Origin: an uncultured virus (IMG/VR IMGVR_UViG_3300037502_002629)
Taxonomy: Duplodnaviria; Heunggongvirae; Uroviricota; Caudoviricetes
Direction: 5' to 3' (one strand)
IMG/VR virus record: IMGVR_UViG_3300037502_002629
Length of the DNA: 20,000 nt
In this document: positions 1 to 9,175 of the stretch, piece by piece
Layout: the number at the start of each line of letters is the position of its first letter
How positions within the stretch are numbered: the first letter of the stretch is position 1
The notes under the pieces: generated by a model
Databases searched by the model: none
What the model saw: only the letters and a program-made list of their open reading frames with translations
What the model was told of the DNA's origin: nothing
Program-made: the position numbers and the translations under genes

Positions 1-879
1 GCAGGCTAGCTGATCAATTTGTCCTTTTTTAAACATATCCAGATTATCTTCTGAGAATGGATGACCGCTGTAGTAAACATAATTACACATTCTGTCTGCC
101 TGATCTTGGGTATTACAGAATATAATACACTTACCTTCTATAGTAGTCAATAGCTTTTTAGCGTATTCTTCTTTACTTCTGTAATCCATAATTGCTCTCA
201 TCCGTCCAATTCTGTTAAATTGTTCTTGTGAAGCGGATGTACTTTCGTTAAGACGTTTGCACCAATATGCGTAGTTATCACTTTCGCTTGTATTCCAGGA
301 CTTTCCTTTTACATTTACTTCATACGTTTTAAGCCTTGATAAATTAACTGGGTGCACTGTAATCCTATAATCATTTAGGATTTTATCATCCACAGCATCA
401 TCAGTAAAGTAAGTAAACATAATAGGGCAAAACCTAGCCACCATCTCGCCCTTTTCGCTATAGTAATTTCGCGGTGGTGTACCTGTGAGACCAACGATGA
501 TATTATCATAAGCAGTAAGCCATAACTGATGAGAATGTAGAAGACTGTGGCACTCATCGAGATAGACAACATCATAGTTTAAAGATTGCTTATGCAAACT
601 TAAATAAGTAGTGACAACAACTCTATCCTTTAGATGAGTCATTCCAAACTTATCCATGTCATCAAACCAGCTACTAAATATAGTTTTTTTAGGAGCTACA
701 ACAAGAAATTTAGCATCTGAATTGACTTTTTTAAGATACCAATCCATGTGTTTAAGACCTATATATGTCTTACCAACTCCCATGCTGATAGCCAATCCCA
801 CTCTTTTGTAGGATTTTGCTATATCTAATGCCTTTTCCTGTATTTCTTCGCGCTTAGAATTTGATTGAAGGAGGCTCAT
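1..879 (-). CDS. Superfamily 2 (DExH) helicase, 3' end runs off window
   Basis: Not in the ORF track because it has no stop in the window. Frame from ATG at 879 (MSLLQSNSKREEIQEKAL) is open to base 1. Walker A MGVGKT, motif Ia LVVAPKKTI, Walker B VYLDECH, motif III GLTGTPP, motif IV CIIFCNT. Confidence 0.9.
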   Translation of the reverse strand, partial: MSLLQSNSKREEIQEKALDIAKSYKRVGLAISMGVGKTYIGLKHMDWYLKKVNSDAKFLVVAPKKTIFSSWFDDMDKFGMTHLKDRVVVTTYLSLHKQSLNYDVVYLDECHSLLHSHQLWLTAYDNIIVGLTGTPPRNYYSEKGEMVARFCPIMFTYFTDDAVDDKILNDYRITVHPVNLSRLKTYEVNVKGKSWNTSESDNYAYWCKRLNESTSASQEQFNRIGRMRAIMDYRSKEEYAKKLLTTIEGKCIIFCNTQDQADRMCNYVYYSGHPFSEDNLDMFKKGQIDQLAC

Positions 880-1072
880 CTGCTCTGTCTATGTTTAATA
901 CTTCTTCGTCAATTGTACCAATGATATAATATGCATCTTCTAGTGCACTACGAAAGTGCTTTGACCTAAACTCTGAAGGGCAATCCTCATCGGCGTTATT
1001 TGTAATATTGATTAACGCTCTGTACACGTTATCAAAATGTTTTAATTTAATAGAATCAGGTGTTTTTATCAT
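854..1072 (-). CDS. hypothetical protein (72 aa)
   Basis: ORF tiles between neighbours with overlapping start/stop. Confidence 0.7.
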   Translation of the reverse strand: MIKTPDSIKLKHFDNVYRALINITNNADEDCPSEFRSKHFRSALEDAYYIIGTIDEEVLNIDRADEPPSIKF

Positions 1073-1311
1073 AATTCAATTGTTAGCATTGATTCACTAT
1101 TCCAGCGTTTTACCAAATCTGGCCAATAATCATTATCATAATTATATTTATTGACTACTTCAACAAGTTCTGGATAGCCTTTTGCCAGCTTTGCTCTGTT
1201 AGTTTTGTCTAGTGCAAAAATTGCATTGATCAAGCTAGTCATACCGCTACCAGCTAATCCTAATTTATACATGCAGAAAGTATTCTCTGCTTCAGTCACT
1301 GTCGATATCAT
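1069..1311 (-). CDS. hypothetical protein (80 aa)
   Basis: ORF tiles with neighbours and has phage-like composition. Confidence 0.7.
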   Translation of the reverse strand: MISTVTEAENTFCMYKLGLAGSGMTSLINAIFALDKTNRAKLAKGYPELVEVVNKYNYDNDYWPDLVKRWNSESMLTIEL

Positions 1312-1708
1312 TTATTCTCGAGTTACTAAATCCCAGTTCTTTTGCTTCTATAGGATGCTGTTCAATATATTGATGACAGCTTCTGCAAACGGGCAACCAG
1401 GTTACTTGATTTAAATATTGTTTTGATCTTCCAGATTTATGGTGAATATCTGTTGCATGGGCTGTGCAACTATCCAACCTCGCCAGGCAATAAGGGTGCG
1501 TGCCAAGAAACTGCTTCCTTAATGTAGAGTATATCTGATCTAAGACTGCTCTTTTTTTAGATCTTACTGGAAGTACTTTAGATTGTTGTGGGAATTTGGG
1601 CGGCATTTTTTTAGACCAGCATGATTTACAGTATTTCTCGCCTTCATCATTTTTCCAAATTACCTTCATTTCACCACAACCAGAACACTGTTTTAATTTA
1701 ACATTCAT
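1292..1708 (-). CDS. HNH endonuclease-like protein with N-terminal Zn finger
   Basis: N-terminal CSGC..CKSC. C-terminal C..C-ATDIHHKSGR..N..WLPVCRSCHQYIE is a beta-beta-alpha-Me/HNH pattern. Confidence 0.75.
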   Translation of the reverse strand: MNVKLKQCSGCGEMKVIWKNDEGEKYCKSCWSKKMPPKFPQQSKVLPVRSKKRAVLDQIYSTLRKQFLGTHPYCLARLDSCTAHATDIHHKSGRSKQYLNQVTWLPVCRSCHQYIEQHPIEAKELGFSNSRINDIDSD

Positions 1709-1947
1709 TCATCATAGTTTTCAACGTCAAGGTCTGAAAGTGTATCTAAGTCTGACTCATCAGATTCATCTTCTTCATCTTCAACTAACTTTGACTCTCC
1801 ATGTACTAAAACACTGGCGACAAAGGGATTATACACCTCATCACCGTAATTTAAGCACATTAAATATTCAAAATCATCATCTGTCATCCTTAAATACACC
1901 TCCAAAGAAACCTCAACAGATTTTCCATTTGGTAGGTTGATAATCAT
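1705..1947 (-). CDS. small acidic hypothetical protein
   Basis: 80-aa ORF, ATGA overlap with the HNH gene, acidic C-terminus. Confidence 0.75.
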   Translation of the reverse strand: MIINLPNGKSVEVSLEVYLRMTDDDFEYLMCLNYGDEVYNPFVASVLVHGESKLVEDEEDESDESDLDTLSDLDVENYDE

Positions 1948-2005
1948 TGTGTTATAATGTATACAATATGACTACCAAGCTACCAATATTTAATCTTAAA
2001 CTTTT

Positions 2006-2037
2006 CAAATTTACAAAAAACATGGGATTATAACACT
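2006..2037 (-). promoter_or_regulatory. possible Bacteroidota-type promoter (-7 box TAAATTTG)
   Basis: TAAATTTG (2013-2006) in the intergenic gap upstream of 1947; the -33 box is poor. Confidence 0.4.
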
Positions 2038-2431
2038 ATAACTCCACATCCCTTATATCTAAATCACCATTAAGATCTACATCTATTTTGGTGCCTACTT
2101 TAGCTTGCCAGGGTGCTATCTTCATCCCTTTCACATAATCTTTCGCATTTGGGATAAACCCACAATCTTCTTTGACGTGCTGTTCGCCTAATACTCGTAC
2201 AGGTACTTCTTTGGTAACACCTCCAGCAAGAGTGATTTTAATACTCACTCCAAATTTCTGTTCGCACTCAAAGATACCTTCAGCATGATGCCTGAATGCC
2301 CGATGTCTTACATCAGGCACCCAAGCTTTTGTCTCATCGAACCAGTTATGAATATGGACATATTGTTCCCACGTACCACCATGTTTCTTGGCGGAGCTCA
2401 TCGCGTGGTGTAAAGGCGTCGCCATAATCAA
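2036..2431 (-). CDS. DUF6915-like protein (His-rich)
   Basis: P.HHA.SSAKK.GG..E.Y..IH.WFDETKA..PDVRHRAFRHHAEGIF.CE..FG..VR..GEQHVKEDCG matches the DUF6915 pattern as recalled. Confidence 0.75.
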   Translation of the reverse strand: MIMATPLHHAMSSAKKHGGTWEQYVHIHNWFDETKAWVPDVRHRAFRHHAEGIFECEQKFGVSIKITLAGGVTKEVPVRVLGEQHVKEDCGFIPNAKDYVKGMKIAPWQAKVGTKIDVDLNGDLDIRDVEL

Positions 2432-3453
2432 TCTTCTAAGAAATGTCTAAGGTCATCTGCTTTCATCTCATCAAAGTGTTCTTCGTCCTCATCTTCTGTT
2501 TCTTCTTCTTCGACTACTATTTCCTCTTCTTCTTCATCTTCATAATCATCTTCGGTTATTTCATCAAAGAATTCATCGTCATCTGGAATCTTATCAACAT
2601 TAGCAGTCATACTTACACTGTGGTCTTCTTCTGTAATATAGTTATAATGATCCCAGCTAAATGAATTTGTAGTAAGGGTCATGTCCCCGCGACCACCTTC
2701 ATTGTTGTAGAATCCACATTCTTTACTATCAATAAGGCGCCATATAAGTGAATCTAGTTCCCCAGATATTCTAATAGAATGGCGGTCACCGCTTTCTGTT
2801 TTTACGTAAACATCATCAGTACCACCAGAATCACCACTGCCACTATAGCTAATTTCAACACTTTTTATACCACTTGGTATTTCCTCAGCATAATGACTCT
2901 CCTCGAAAAAATGTTTCCACAGATTAAATACCACTTCATCTAATTTTTCACTCATTTTTTCTGTATAAGGATTGTGATATACAGGTTTTGGCGGTGTAAT
3001 TGGTACTTCAACAGTTACAGCGTCAAGTGCTTCTTTAATTATAGAATCCACAGCATCAAAATAAAATAACCCTATCCAATTGCTATATATTAGATCAAAT
3101 GACATAGTACCTCGTTCTTCCTGATTATCTATTCTGAACAAAGTGAAACAGCCTTTCTCCATATCAATTTCGAAGTGTTGGTCACCCTTCTGCTCTGCAA
3201 TAGGAATTTCAATAAACTTGCGCGCATTTGCGATAGAGTGAAACACATCACCTATCGTATCATAAGTTCTTTTCTTAGATCCTATTGAAAGATCTGGATT
3301 GCGCTCTTTAAATCTGGCAAATGCATCTTTATAACGTACAATTTCATTAATAAATTCCTGAGCAGAAGCTATTTCGTTAACTTCTCTTGATGGTAATGAA
3401 CCCAGCACAGTTAATCCATTTGGTAGTATAATATTCAGAGTTCTTGATAACAT
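2428..3453 (-). CDS. protein with C-terminal DUF6878-like domain and acidic tail
   Basis: ISYSGSGDSG..GFYNNEGGRGDM motifs; adjacent to the DUF6915-like gene; D/E-rich tail. Confidence 0.65.
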   Translation of the reverse strand: MLSRTLNIILPNGLTVLGSLPSREVNEIASAQEFINEIVRYKDAFARFKERNPDLSIGSKKRTYDTIGDVFHSIANARKFIEIPIAEQKGDQHFEIDMEKGCFTLFRIDNQEERGTMSFDLIYSNWIGLFYFDAVDSIIKEALDAVTVEVPITPPKPVYHNPYTEKMSEKLDEVVFNLWKHFFEESHYAEEIPSGIKSVEISYSGSGDSGGTDDVYVKTESGDRHSIRISGELDSLIWRLIDSKECGFYNNEGGRGDMTLTTNSFSWDHYNYITEEDHSVSMTANVDKIPDDDEFFDEITEDDYEDEEEEEIVVEEEETEDEDEEHFDEMKADDLRHFLED

Positions 3454-3827
3454 TATTCTGCTAGTTTAATTGTTTGTAATTCTCCTGTTCTGATTGCTGC
3501 TTCCAGCTCCATCCAATAATTGACAATATTACCTCCTGCCAATACCAATATAGTTTTATAACCTCGTTTTTTTGTGCCCATTTGTCTAATAGACCTGATC
3601 CTCATTTTATAATCAGACCAACCTGATGGTAACTTAATTGATTCAACTATACCTGGTGCTGTGTAAATGTACACGTAACTGCCATTAATACCTGAACCAA
3701 GTCCTAATACAACATCATCACCTACTTTATAGGTAACGCCGTTACTTGCCACAATACTATCTTTCTTTTCACCCTGCGCTAATGCGCTGGTAGAGATAAT
3801 CATTAAAATAAACAGTAATTTCTTCAT
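3453..3827 (-). CDS. secreted protein with Sec signal peptide
   Basis: MKKLLFILMIISTSALA/Q signal with Gln at +1, typical of Bacteroidota. Confidence 0.75.
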   Translation of the reverse strand: MKKLLFILMIISTSALAQGEKKDSIVASNGVTYKVGDDVVLGLGSGINGSYVYIYTAPGIVESIKLPSGWSDYKMRIRSIRQMGTKKRGYKTILVLAGGNIVNYWMELEAAIRTGELQTIKLAE

Positions 3828-3837
3828 ATTTGTTAAA

Positions 3838-3866
3838 TTAAAAGCCCCCAGTTTCCCAGGGGTTTG
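3838..3866 (-). terminator. possible rho-independent terminator after vWA gene
   Basis: Minus strand CCCCTGG-GAAA-CTGGGGG hairpin followed by CTTTTAATTT. Confidence 0.45.
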
Positions 3867-3869
3867 TTC

Positions 3870-5708
3870 TTACAGTGTCACTTTTTCAGTAATCAACGTA
3901 TTGATTTTAGTACGCAGAAATTCTACAAATTGAGCAGGAAACTTTGACATATCATTCATGTGTATAACATTCTTAAACATGTCTTTGCTTCTATAACCAT
4001 CAATTGCAATTTGTATTACTTGAAAACCCATTTTTTCTACTTCATTCACCATCCTTCGTGTATGATCTATAGCATATACACCAGTATATTTATTCGCACA
4101 GGGAGAACCATCGCTAATGACAATAAATAAACCATTATTTTGTGTTTTACTACGCACACGCTTTGCTGCTGCTATAATAGCGGAACCATCTCGGTTTTCA
4201 TATTTAGCGCTGATATCTGCAAGTGCAGTTTTCTGAGGGCTTCCTGGTTCTTTATATATTTGAATTTGTGTCGAACCTGTTCCACCTGTATCATACTTCT
4301 TCATATAATCAACTTCACCATCCCAATCAGCAGTATGACCATAGATAAATAATTCTACATCTTTGACCTTTTTGAGACATTCATTAAGATAAATAGCTGC
4401 TTTGCGTGCCTGTTCAATTTTATATCCATGCATGCTACCAGATTCATCCACTAAAATAGTTACAGACAATTTATCAGTTTTTACTTGACCAATGCGTTCA
4501 TAAATAGTAGATACATGTTGTTTAGCCTCGGCTAACTTATTAGTATCTAATCTACCGCTTCGCATTGACTTTAGAATAAATTGATAATCTCTGTTTTTGC
4601 GATGTAATAAATTTGCTATAACATTTGCTTTAGTAAGATCTATTTCATTAAGCAGACTGTTATACTTATCAGCACTGTGTTTACTGTCAGCAACATTTAA
4701 ATAATCAATTTTACTACCGCTTACTTTAATATCAATCTCTTCTTTTTCATCGAGTTCTTTCATGAAACTAGCAAAAGAGCCATCCTCTTTTTTGTCAGAT
4801 TCTTCCATTTGTTCCATTAGCTTTTTAGCAAAATCGCTCAAGGAATCTTTTACAGATTTGCTCAATGATGTTTTTTTCTCAGATGTATCCTCGTCGGTTT
4901 TAGACTCATCACCAGAGCTTTCATCACCGTCTCCATCACCATCTTTATCACTATCTGAATCAGCACTACCACTTTTTTCTGACTTGCTTTTTTCTTGTTC
5001 TGTTACAAATTCAGAAATAATGTTACTGATTTTTTTACTTAGCTTATCACAATCTTCTATATCATCAGGTATACCATTATACTTTAATATTTGCGATTTG
5101 ATTTTATCAATTGGAATTTGAAACTTGCTAAGTTCTTCTTCTGTAATTTGGTCTGGATATCTAATAATGCGATCAAAGAGATCAAGCAGATGCTCATAGT
5201 CATTACTTGCTACTGGTCGCGTCTCGTATTTATGATCTTTGTATTTTTTTATAAACTTCAAATACCCTGGAGTATGCTGAGCCATTCTTGTATTTATCCG
5301 TTCTTGGTTCAGAGCATTAAATACAAATGATTTTAACGAAGACCGAACTTTGCTATTTTTTATTCTTAGGCGTTCATCTTTATCTAAATGCACAAGACTC
5401 GCAATATTTTGTAAAGACGCGCCTATAAAAACGTCAATATTGGTATCATTCAGCAATTTAGTTGGAATAAATGCTTTATCTACACTATTAGCATTACCTG
5501 CAAATTCTTTACGACTAACGCCCATTACTTTTGACATCACCGATAATAAACTTGCAGCTTCTTCCATGTTTATTTTTTTACTTCCACCAAGAAAGAAATC
5601 GCTGTAATTTGCATAACCTTTATCCCAACTATAAGCTCGTTTGCTGGGATCATAATGAGTATAGCCATAATCGGCATCTCTGCTAAACCAATCTCTAAAA
5701 TATGTCAT
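3870..5708 (-). CDS. vWA-domain protein (CobT/NorD-like MoxR partner)
   Basis: SGRLD..L motif, MIDAS ILVDESGSM, ENRDG, IVISDGSP; acidic/Ser-rich central linker; downstream of the AAA+ gene. Confidence 0.88.
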   Translation of the reverse strand: MTYFRDWFSRDADYGYTHYDPSKRAYSWDKGYANYSDFFLGGSKKINMEEAASLLSVMSKVMGVSRKEFAGNANSVDKAFIPTKLLNDTNIDVFIGASLQNIASLVHLDKDERLRIKNSKVRSSLKSFVFNALNQERINTRMAQHTPGYLKFIKKYKDHKYETRPVASNDYEHLLDLFDRIIRYPDQITEEELSKFQIPIDKIKSQILKYNGIPDDIEDCDKLSKKISNIISEFVTEQEKSKSEKSGSADSDSDKDGDGDGDESSGDESKTDEDTSEKKTSLSKSVKDSLSDFAKKLMEQMEESDKKEDGSFASFMKELDEKEEIDIKVSGSKIDYLNVADSKHSADKYNSLLNEIDLTKANVIANLLHRKNRDYQFILKSMRSGRLDTNKLAEAKQHVSTIYERIGQVKTDKLSVTILVDESGSMHGYKIEQARKAAIYLNECLKKVKDVELFIYGHTADWDGEVDYMKKYDTGGTGSTQIQIYKEPGSPQKTALADISAKYENRDGSAIIAAAKRVRSKTQNNGLFIVISDGSPCANKYTGVYAIDHTRRMVNEVEKMGFQVIQIAIDGYRSKDMFKNVIHMNDMSKFPAQFVEFLRTKINTLITEKVTL

Positions 5709-5712
5709 TTTG

Positions 5713-5898
5713 TTATTTTTTAAATGGTTTATCTAATTCTTTCCTATATTCATCTATATCAGTGAAAACAGGAGGAACTTTCCCGCACATAGCACACCCC
5801 ATCTCTCCATGAGAGACAGGGTATACTACTGGTGAATACTGTTCGTTTTTGCAATAAATGCATTTAGTTTGCATTATTACTTTTGCCGTTTCAGTCAT
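5713..5898 (-). CDS. small Zn-ribbon protein
   Basis: CIYC..CAMC; TAATG coupling to the AAA gene stop. Confidence 0.65.
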   Translation of the reverse strand: MTETAKVIMQTKCIYCKNEQYSPVVYPVSHGEMGCAMCGKVPPVFTDIDEYRKELDKPFKK

Positions 5899-6392
5899 TA
5901 GTTCGCCGCAATAATTGATTTTACTTTACTACGTTCTGATACACCAGAGGCATCATCAAATAGGGGCAGTATAACTTTCATTAATGCACCTACAGTATCA
6001 AAGCCATCTTTAATCAAACTCGCAGCAAGCAGGGTGTGACGTACTGATATTACATTACTCAGTTCCTGCTCTTTGAATTGATTACGAATTGTAGAAGATA
6101 CTTTAACAATCGCCTTAGCTGTTTTAGTGTCAATACCAGTGCGAATTGTTAAGATGTTTTCTTCTGCTTGCTCAGAGGGATAGCTCAATTCCACAGGGAA
6201 GAAACGATCTAACAAAGCGCGGTCAATCTGAGTAGTACCACTATACTCCGCACCTAAGTTAGCAGTGGCAAAGAATACACATTTCTCATTGACGGGGATA
6301 CTACGCAGTGCATCACCGCCTGCAATGTCTACAGGAAGATATCTACGTTTGTCAAGACATGGGAACAATATGTTTGCGGCTGAAATCGGGGC
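5898..6392 (-). CDS. MoxR/CbbQ-type AAA+ ATPase, exon 2 (164 aa)
   Basis: APISAANILFPCLD..FFATAN (sensor 1)..DRALLDRF (Arg finger)..ISVRHTL; continues in frame from exon 1 LLDELNR. Confidence 0.9.
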   Translation of the reverse strand, partial: APISAANILFPCLDKRRYLPVDIAGGDALRSIPVNEKCVFFATANLGAEYSGTTQIDRALLDRFFPVELSYPSEQAEENILTIRTGIDTKTAKAIVKVSSTIRNQFKEQELSNVISVRHTLLAASLIKDGFDTVGALMKVILPLFDDASGVSERSKVKSIIAAN

Positions 6393-6448
6393 CAAATATG
6401 TTATCATAGAAGCTCTTTATCTTCTATTTCTGTATATTACTATACAGT

Positions 6449-7372
6449 TCAGACTATATCATCATCATGATTATTAATCATGAGCAGGGCACTCGTGTTA
6501 GCATTACTGTCCTCAACATTACTTGGTAGGACTCGGCTATTAGTCGTTGAACCTTCAAGAGCATTACTGCTCAAGCTTGGCTGCTGATTGTCCTCTGAGC
6601 CATCAGTAGGAGTTTCCAGCAATTCACCCTGTTTTACAATCGCTATCCCCTTCTTAAATCTGTATTTACCTTTAACTTTCTTACCTATACCTCTACAAAC
6701 ACTTGAAATACATGCACACAAACTATCAAAATTATCTCCTTCTTCATAAATGCTTCTAGCTGCAGTAGCTATATTTTTAAATTCTGAAATATTACCTTCA
6801 GAATCAATCATAGTTACTCCAACCCATTTCCACTTAGATCTTTGTAAATCATAAGTGACTTCAGCATTTTTGTTGTAGCTCCACAAATAACCACCCGCAG
6901 ATTTAAGTTTACCATTACAAACTTGTATAATGGAACTTGCTGCTATGTGAGTCTGTCGTTGAGCTTCTTTTGTAGAAGGATAATTACTTACTAGTTTACC
7001 ATCAAGTCCAAACTGGTATACAGTTTTACTGTTAGGTATAGAATTATTTTGTGTTACAGGATCCAGTTTATTATTCAATACTGGCCCTAACAACTCAATC
7101 CAATTTTTTTCTAGTTCAAGTAATTTTTCTCTTGATATGTCTTTTTCAAGATGCAGTACAGAATAATGACACTTTTCTGAACCGTGTTTGTTGAATGTGT
7201 GCTGCATCCTAGAATTTTCATGACTATTCTTTATCAATTTGTTTTTATGTTCCCTAAGTCTGTTTTGAATATTTACAGAACTTCCTACATAATTTAATTC
7301 ATTGATTTTGAGATAGTAGATTCCAGGATACTTACTTATTACATCAAGTGATGTTTGAAATAGAGGTGTCAT
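6449..7372 (-). CDS. intron-encoded GIY-YIG homing endonuclease with NUMOD1-type DNA-binding repeats
   Basis: GIYYLKINELNYVGSS..R..EH..ELEKNWI; VYQFGLDGKLVSNYPSTKEA..I..VCNGK..SAGGYLW. Confidence 0.9.
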   Translation of the reverse strand: MTPLFQTSLDVISKYPGIYYLKINELNYVGSSVNIQNRLREHKNKLIKNSHENSRMQHTFNKHGSEKCHYSVLHLEKDISREKLLELEKNWIELLGPVLNNKLDPVTQNNSIPNSKTVYQFGLDGKLVSNYPSTKEAQRQTHIAASSIIQVCNGKLKSAGGYLWSYNKNAEVTYDLQRSKWKWVGVTMIDSEGNISEFKNIATAARSIYEEGDNFDSLCACISSVCRGIGKKVKGKYRFKKGIAIVKQGELLETPTDGSEDNQQPSLSSNALEGSTTNSRVLPSNVEDSNANTSALLMINNHDDDIV

Positions 7373-7399
7373 TGTAATTAGTATTAGATGATTTTAATA

Positions 7400-7431
7400 C
7401 AAATATACAATTATTTGTTAAGATAAACAAA
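7400..7431 (-). promoter_or_regulatory. Bacteroidota primary-sigma promoter for the endonuclease
   Basis: TTTG (7431-7428)-N20-TATATTTG (7407-7400), about 28 nt upstream of ATG 7372. Confidence 0.7.
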
Positions 7432-7452
7432 TACTTAAGATTTTATTTATTA

Positions 7453-8220
7453 ACGATTCAACTCGTCAAGAAGTACGATACCATCTTGTTGCACATGGCC
7501 TACAAATGGAGCATAATCGAACTCTGAATGACCGTCTTTATTCAACCTGTGCACACCTAACAATGCAGATTGAGCATCTTGCACAGTACCCATATCCTGT
7601 ATACTCAAGGGTTTTTCCATGGCACGCGCAATGTGTGATACCAGCTCTGTCTTGCCTGAGCCTGTAGGTCCTACCAACAACGTATTTTCACCACGCATGA
7701 TGTTACGTATTAACAAATACCATACATCTGCATCAATGTGAAAACCTGTGCTTTGCTCATCTGGACAAGGGTACAATCGCATAATACGATCTCTTAGTGT
7801 ACCTGTTTCATCTTCGGCATAAGCTTTACATTTAGCTTCCACATCTAACAAGTAACCCATCTCGACCCACTTAGCTGCATATTCGAGGGCTTTTTCGCGC
7901 TTAATCTCATTAGACATAAGCATCCACTCAAACGTGTAGTTAACATCTTCGTGTGTGCAGGATATTTCACCTACAGTATTCCCATATACAGTTTCTTCGT
8001 AAATGACAGGACGCGGTGCCCCTATAATCTTAGAAACTACTTCACCCCAAAGGATTTCACTAACAATAAACACTGTCCCTATCGGGAATTTTGTCAATAT
8101 TTTAGAGTCACCTGTAAACGTGGTGCTGGATAAATCAATTGCCTTTGGTTTATTAGGCTGGTTGTCAACAAATTCAATGTTAAATTGTGTACCTCTGAGG
8201 GCGGTTTTAATTAAATACAT
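7453..8220 (-). CDS. MoxR/CbbQ-type AAA+ ATPase, exon 1 (256 aa; spliced product 420 aa)
   Basis: Walker A LVGPTGSGKT; Walker B IVLLDELNR ends exactly at the intron. Confidence 0.9.
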
Positions 8221-8222
8221 GT

Positions 8223-8468
8223 TTAATTTTTAAATTTTGATTGTAGATATTCAATAAGATACTTTGCGTAACTAACCAGTAACACATGTTTGTCAAATAC
8301 AAATTGTTCTTTGCCTTCAGCTAACGCCTTTGCATATTCTTTTTTTAATCTTGCAAAGTCTTCTCTGTCAAAAGATCTGTAATCAGTCATAACTTTACGA
8401 TTGGACGTTTGACCATAATAAATAATACACAGAACCATCAGGCCTGCTAACACCAGTACTATAAGCAT
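8223..8468 (-). CDS. small protein with N-terminal transmembrane helix
   Basis: Hydrophobic residues 2-17, then a basic helical region. Confidence 0.6.
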   Translation of the reverse strand: MLIVLVLAGLMVLCIIYYGQTSNRKVMTDYRSFDREDFARLKKEYAKALAEGKEQFVFDKHVLLVSYAKYLIEYLQSKFKN

Positions 8469-8655
8469 TCATAATAATATTACTGAATTCATCTTCTGAA
8501 AACATATAATTACTTTTAGGTCCAAAAACTAAATTGCAGATATATGTTTCCGCTTGGTTTATTATCTCCTCACTAAACTGTTCCTCTAAAATAGGAAATG
8601 CCTCAATAATCTGAGGCATTTCTTTAATGATTGCTAATACATTTAATACTCTCAT
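8395..8655 (-). CDS. hypothetical protein
   Basis: ATGA-coupled to the upstream gene. Confidence 0.55.
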   Translation of the reverse strand: MRVLNVLAIIKEMPQIIEAFPILEEQFSEEIINQAETYICNLVFGPKSNYMFSEDEFSNIIMNAYSTGVSRPDGSVYYLLWSNVQS

Positions 8656-8870
8656 GCAAGATCTAGTTCTTCAAACAGTAAACCATATCCAATAATACCA
8701 GCCACCCAATTCTGAATAGTTTGTTTGGCTTTACGCTTAGACTTATAGCCCTCGCTTGTGAGAATAATTTGTCCATTTACAGTACTGATAATATGCCAGT
8801 ACCATTGTTTGTCAATGCCTCTCCACAACTGAAGAGCATACATTGGTTTGTTTTTACGTGTTTTTTTCAT
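8652..8870 (-). CDS. DUF1508/YegP (UPF0339)-like protein
   Basis: WYWHIISTVNGQIILTSEGYKSKRKAKQTI matches the NG.II..SEGY.SK pattern. Confidence 0.7.
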   Translation of the reverse strand: MKKTRKNKPMYALQLWRGIDKQWYWHIISTVNGQIILTSEGYKSKRKAKQTIQNWVAGIIGYGLLFEELDLA

Positions 8871-8941
8871 ATTATGTCCATGTTAGATTTAACTATTTCA
8901 ATCAACTTTTTTAATCATTTTGTCAAGTTATAGGACGGCAG

Positions 8942-9175
8942 TTAACTTCTCTCGTTCCAGTAGTCATCAAAATCGCACATTGACCGGGCATAGACATGAC
9001 CTCTGGCATCATGTGCATGGATTGCAGCGTCCCAAGTTTGACCGTGTTGGTGTCGTTCAAGCTCCAGAAGTTCCTCAGCCTTGTCAATCGCTTGGGCGAA
9101 TGAGAGTATCTTACTTGGATTATCCTTGAGCATCTGCTCACCCCATTCAATCAGTTGTTGGAGTGCGGTCTTCAT
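8942..9175 (-). CDS. small phage protein, KQTAV..EW family paralog
   Basis: MKTALQQLIEW..LELERHQ..FDDYWNE; start at ATGA overlap 9172-9175. Confidence 0.7.
   Translation of the reverse strand: MKTALQQLIEWGEQMLKDNPSKILSFAQAIDKAEELLELERHQHGQTWDAAIHAHDARGHVYARSMCDFDDYWNERS

Larger units (their letters stand above)
6393..7452 (-). ncRNA. group I self-splicing intron (IA2-like), 1060 nt
   Basis: Exon 1 ends in U (CGT) and the intron ends in G (CATATTTG). P AATTGCTGGAAA, Q AATCAGCAGC, R TTCAACGACTA, S ATGATATAGTCT. P3 CAGGGTG/TGCCCTG, P7 GACTA/TAGTC, P9 CTGTATA-GTAA-TATACAG. P1 AAUCGU|UA pairs with UAGCGAUU (6645-6638), placing a U.G at the splice site. Confidence 0.93.

Noticed and set aside
375..575. 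66-aa hydrophobic ORF (holin-like)
   Set aside because: Lies in another frame wholly inside the helicase gene, over motifs II-III.
6393..7452. Intein, or free-standing endonuclease between two genes
   Set aside because: Exon 1 is followed by stop codons, so there is no continuous frame, and group I RNA elements and splice boundaries are complete.
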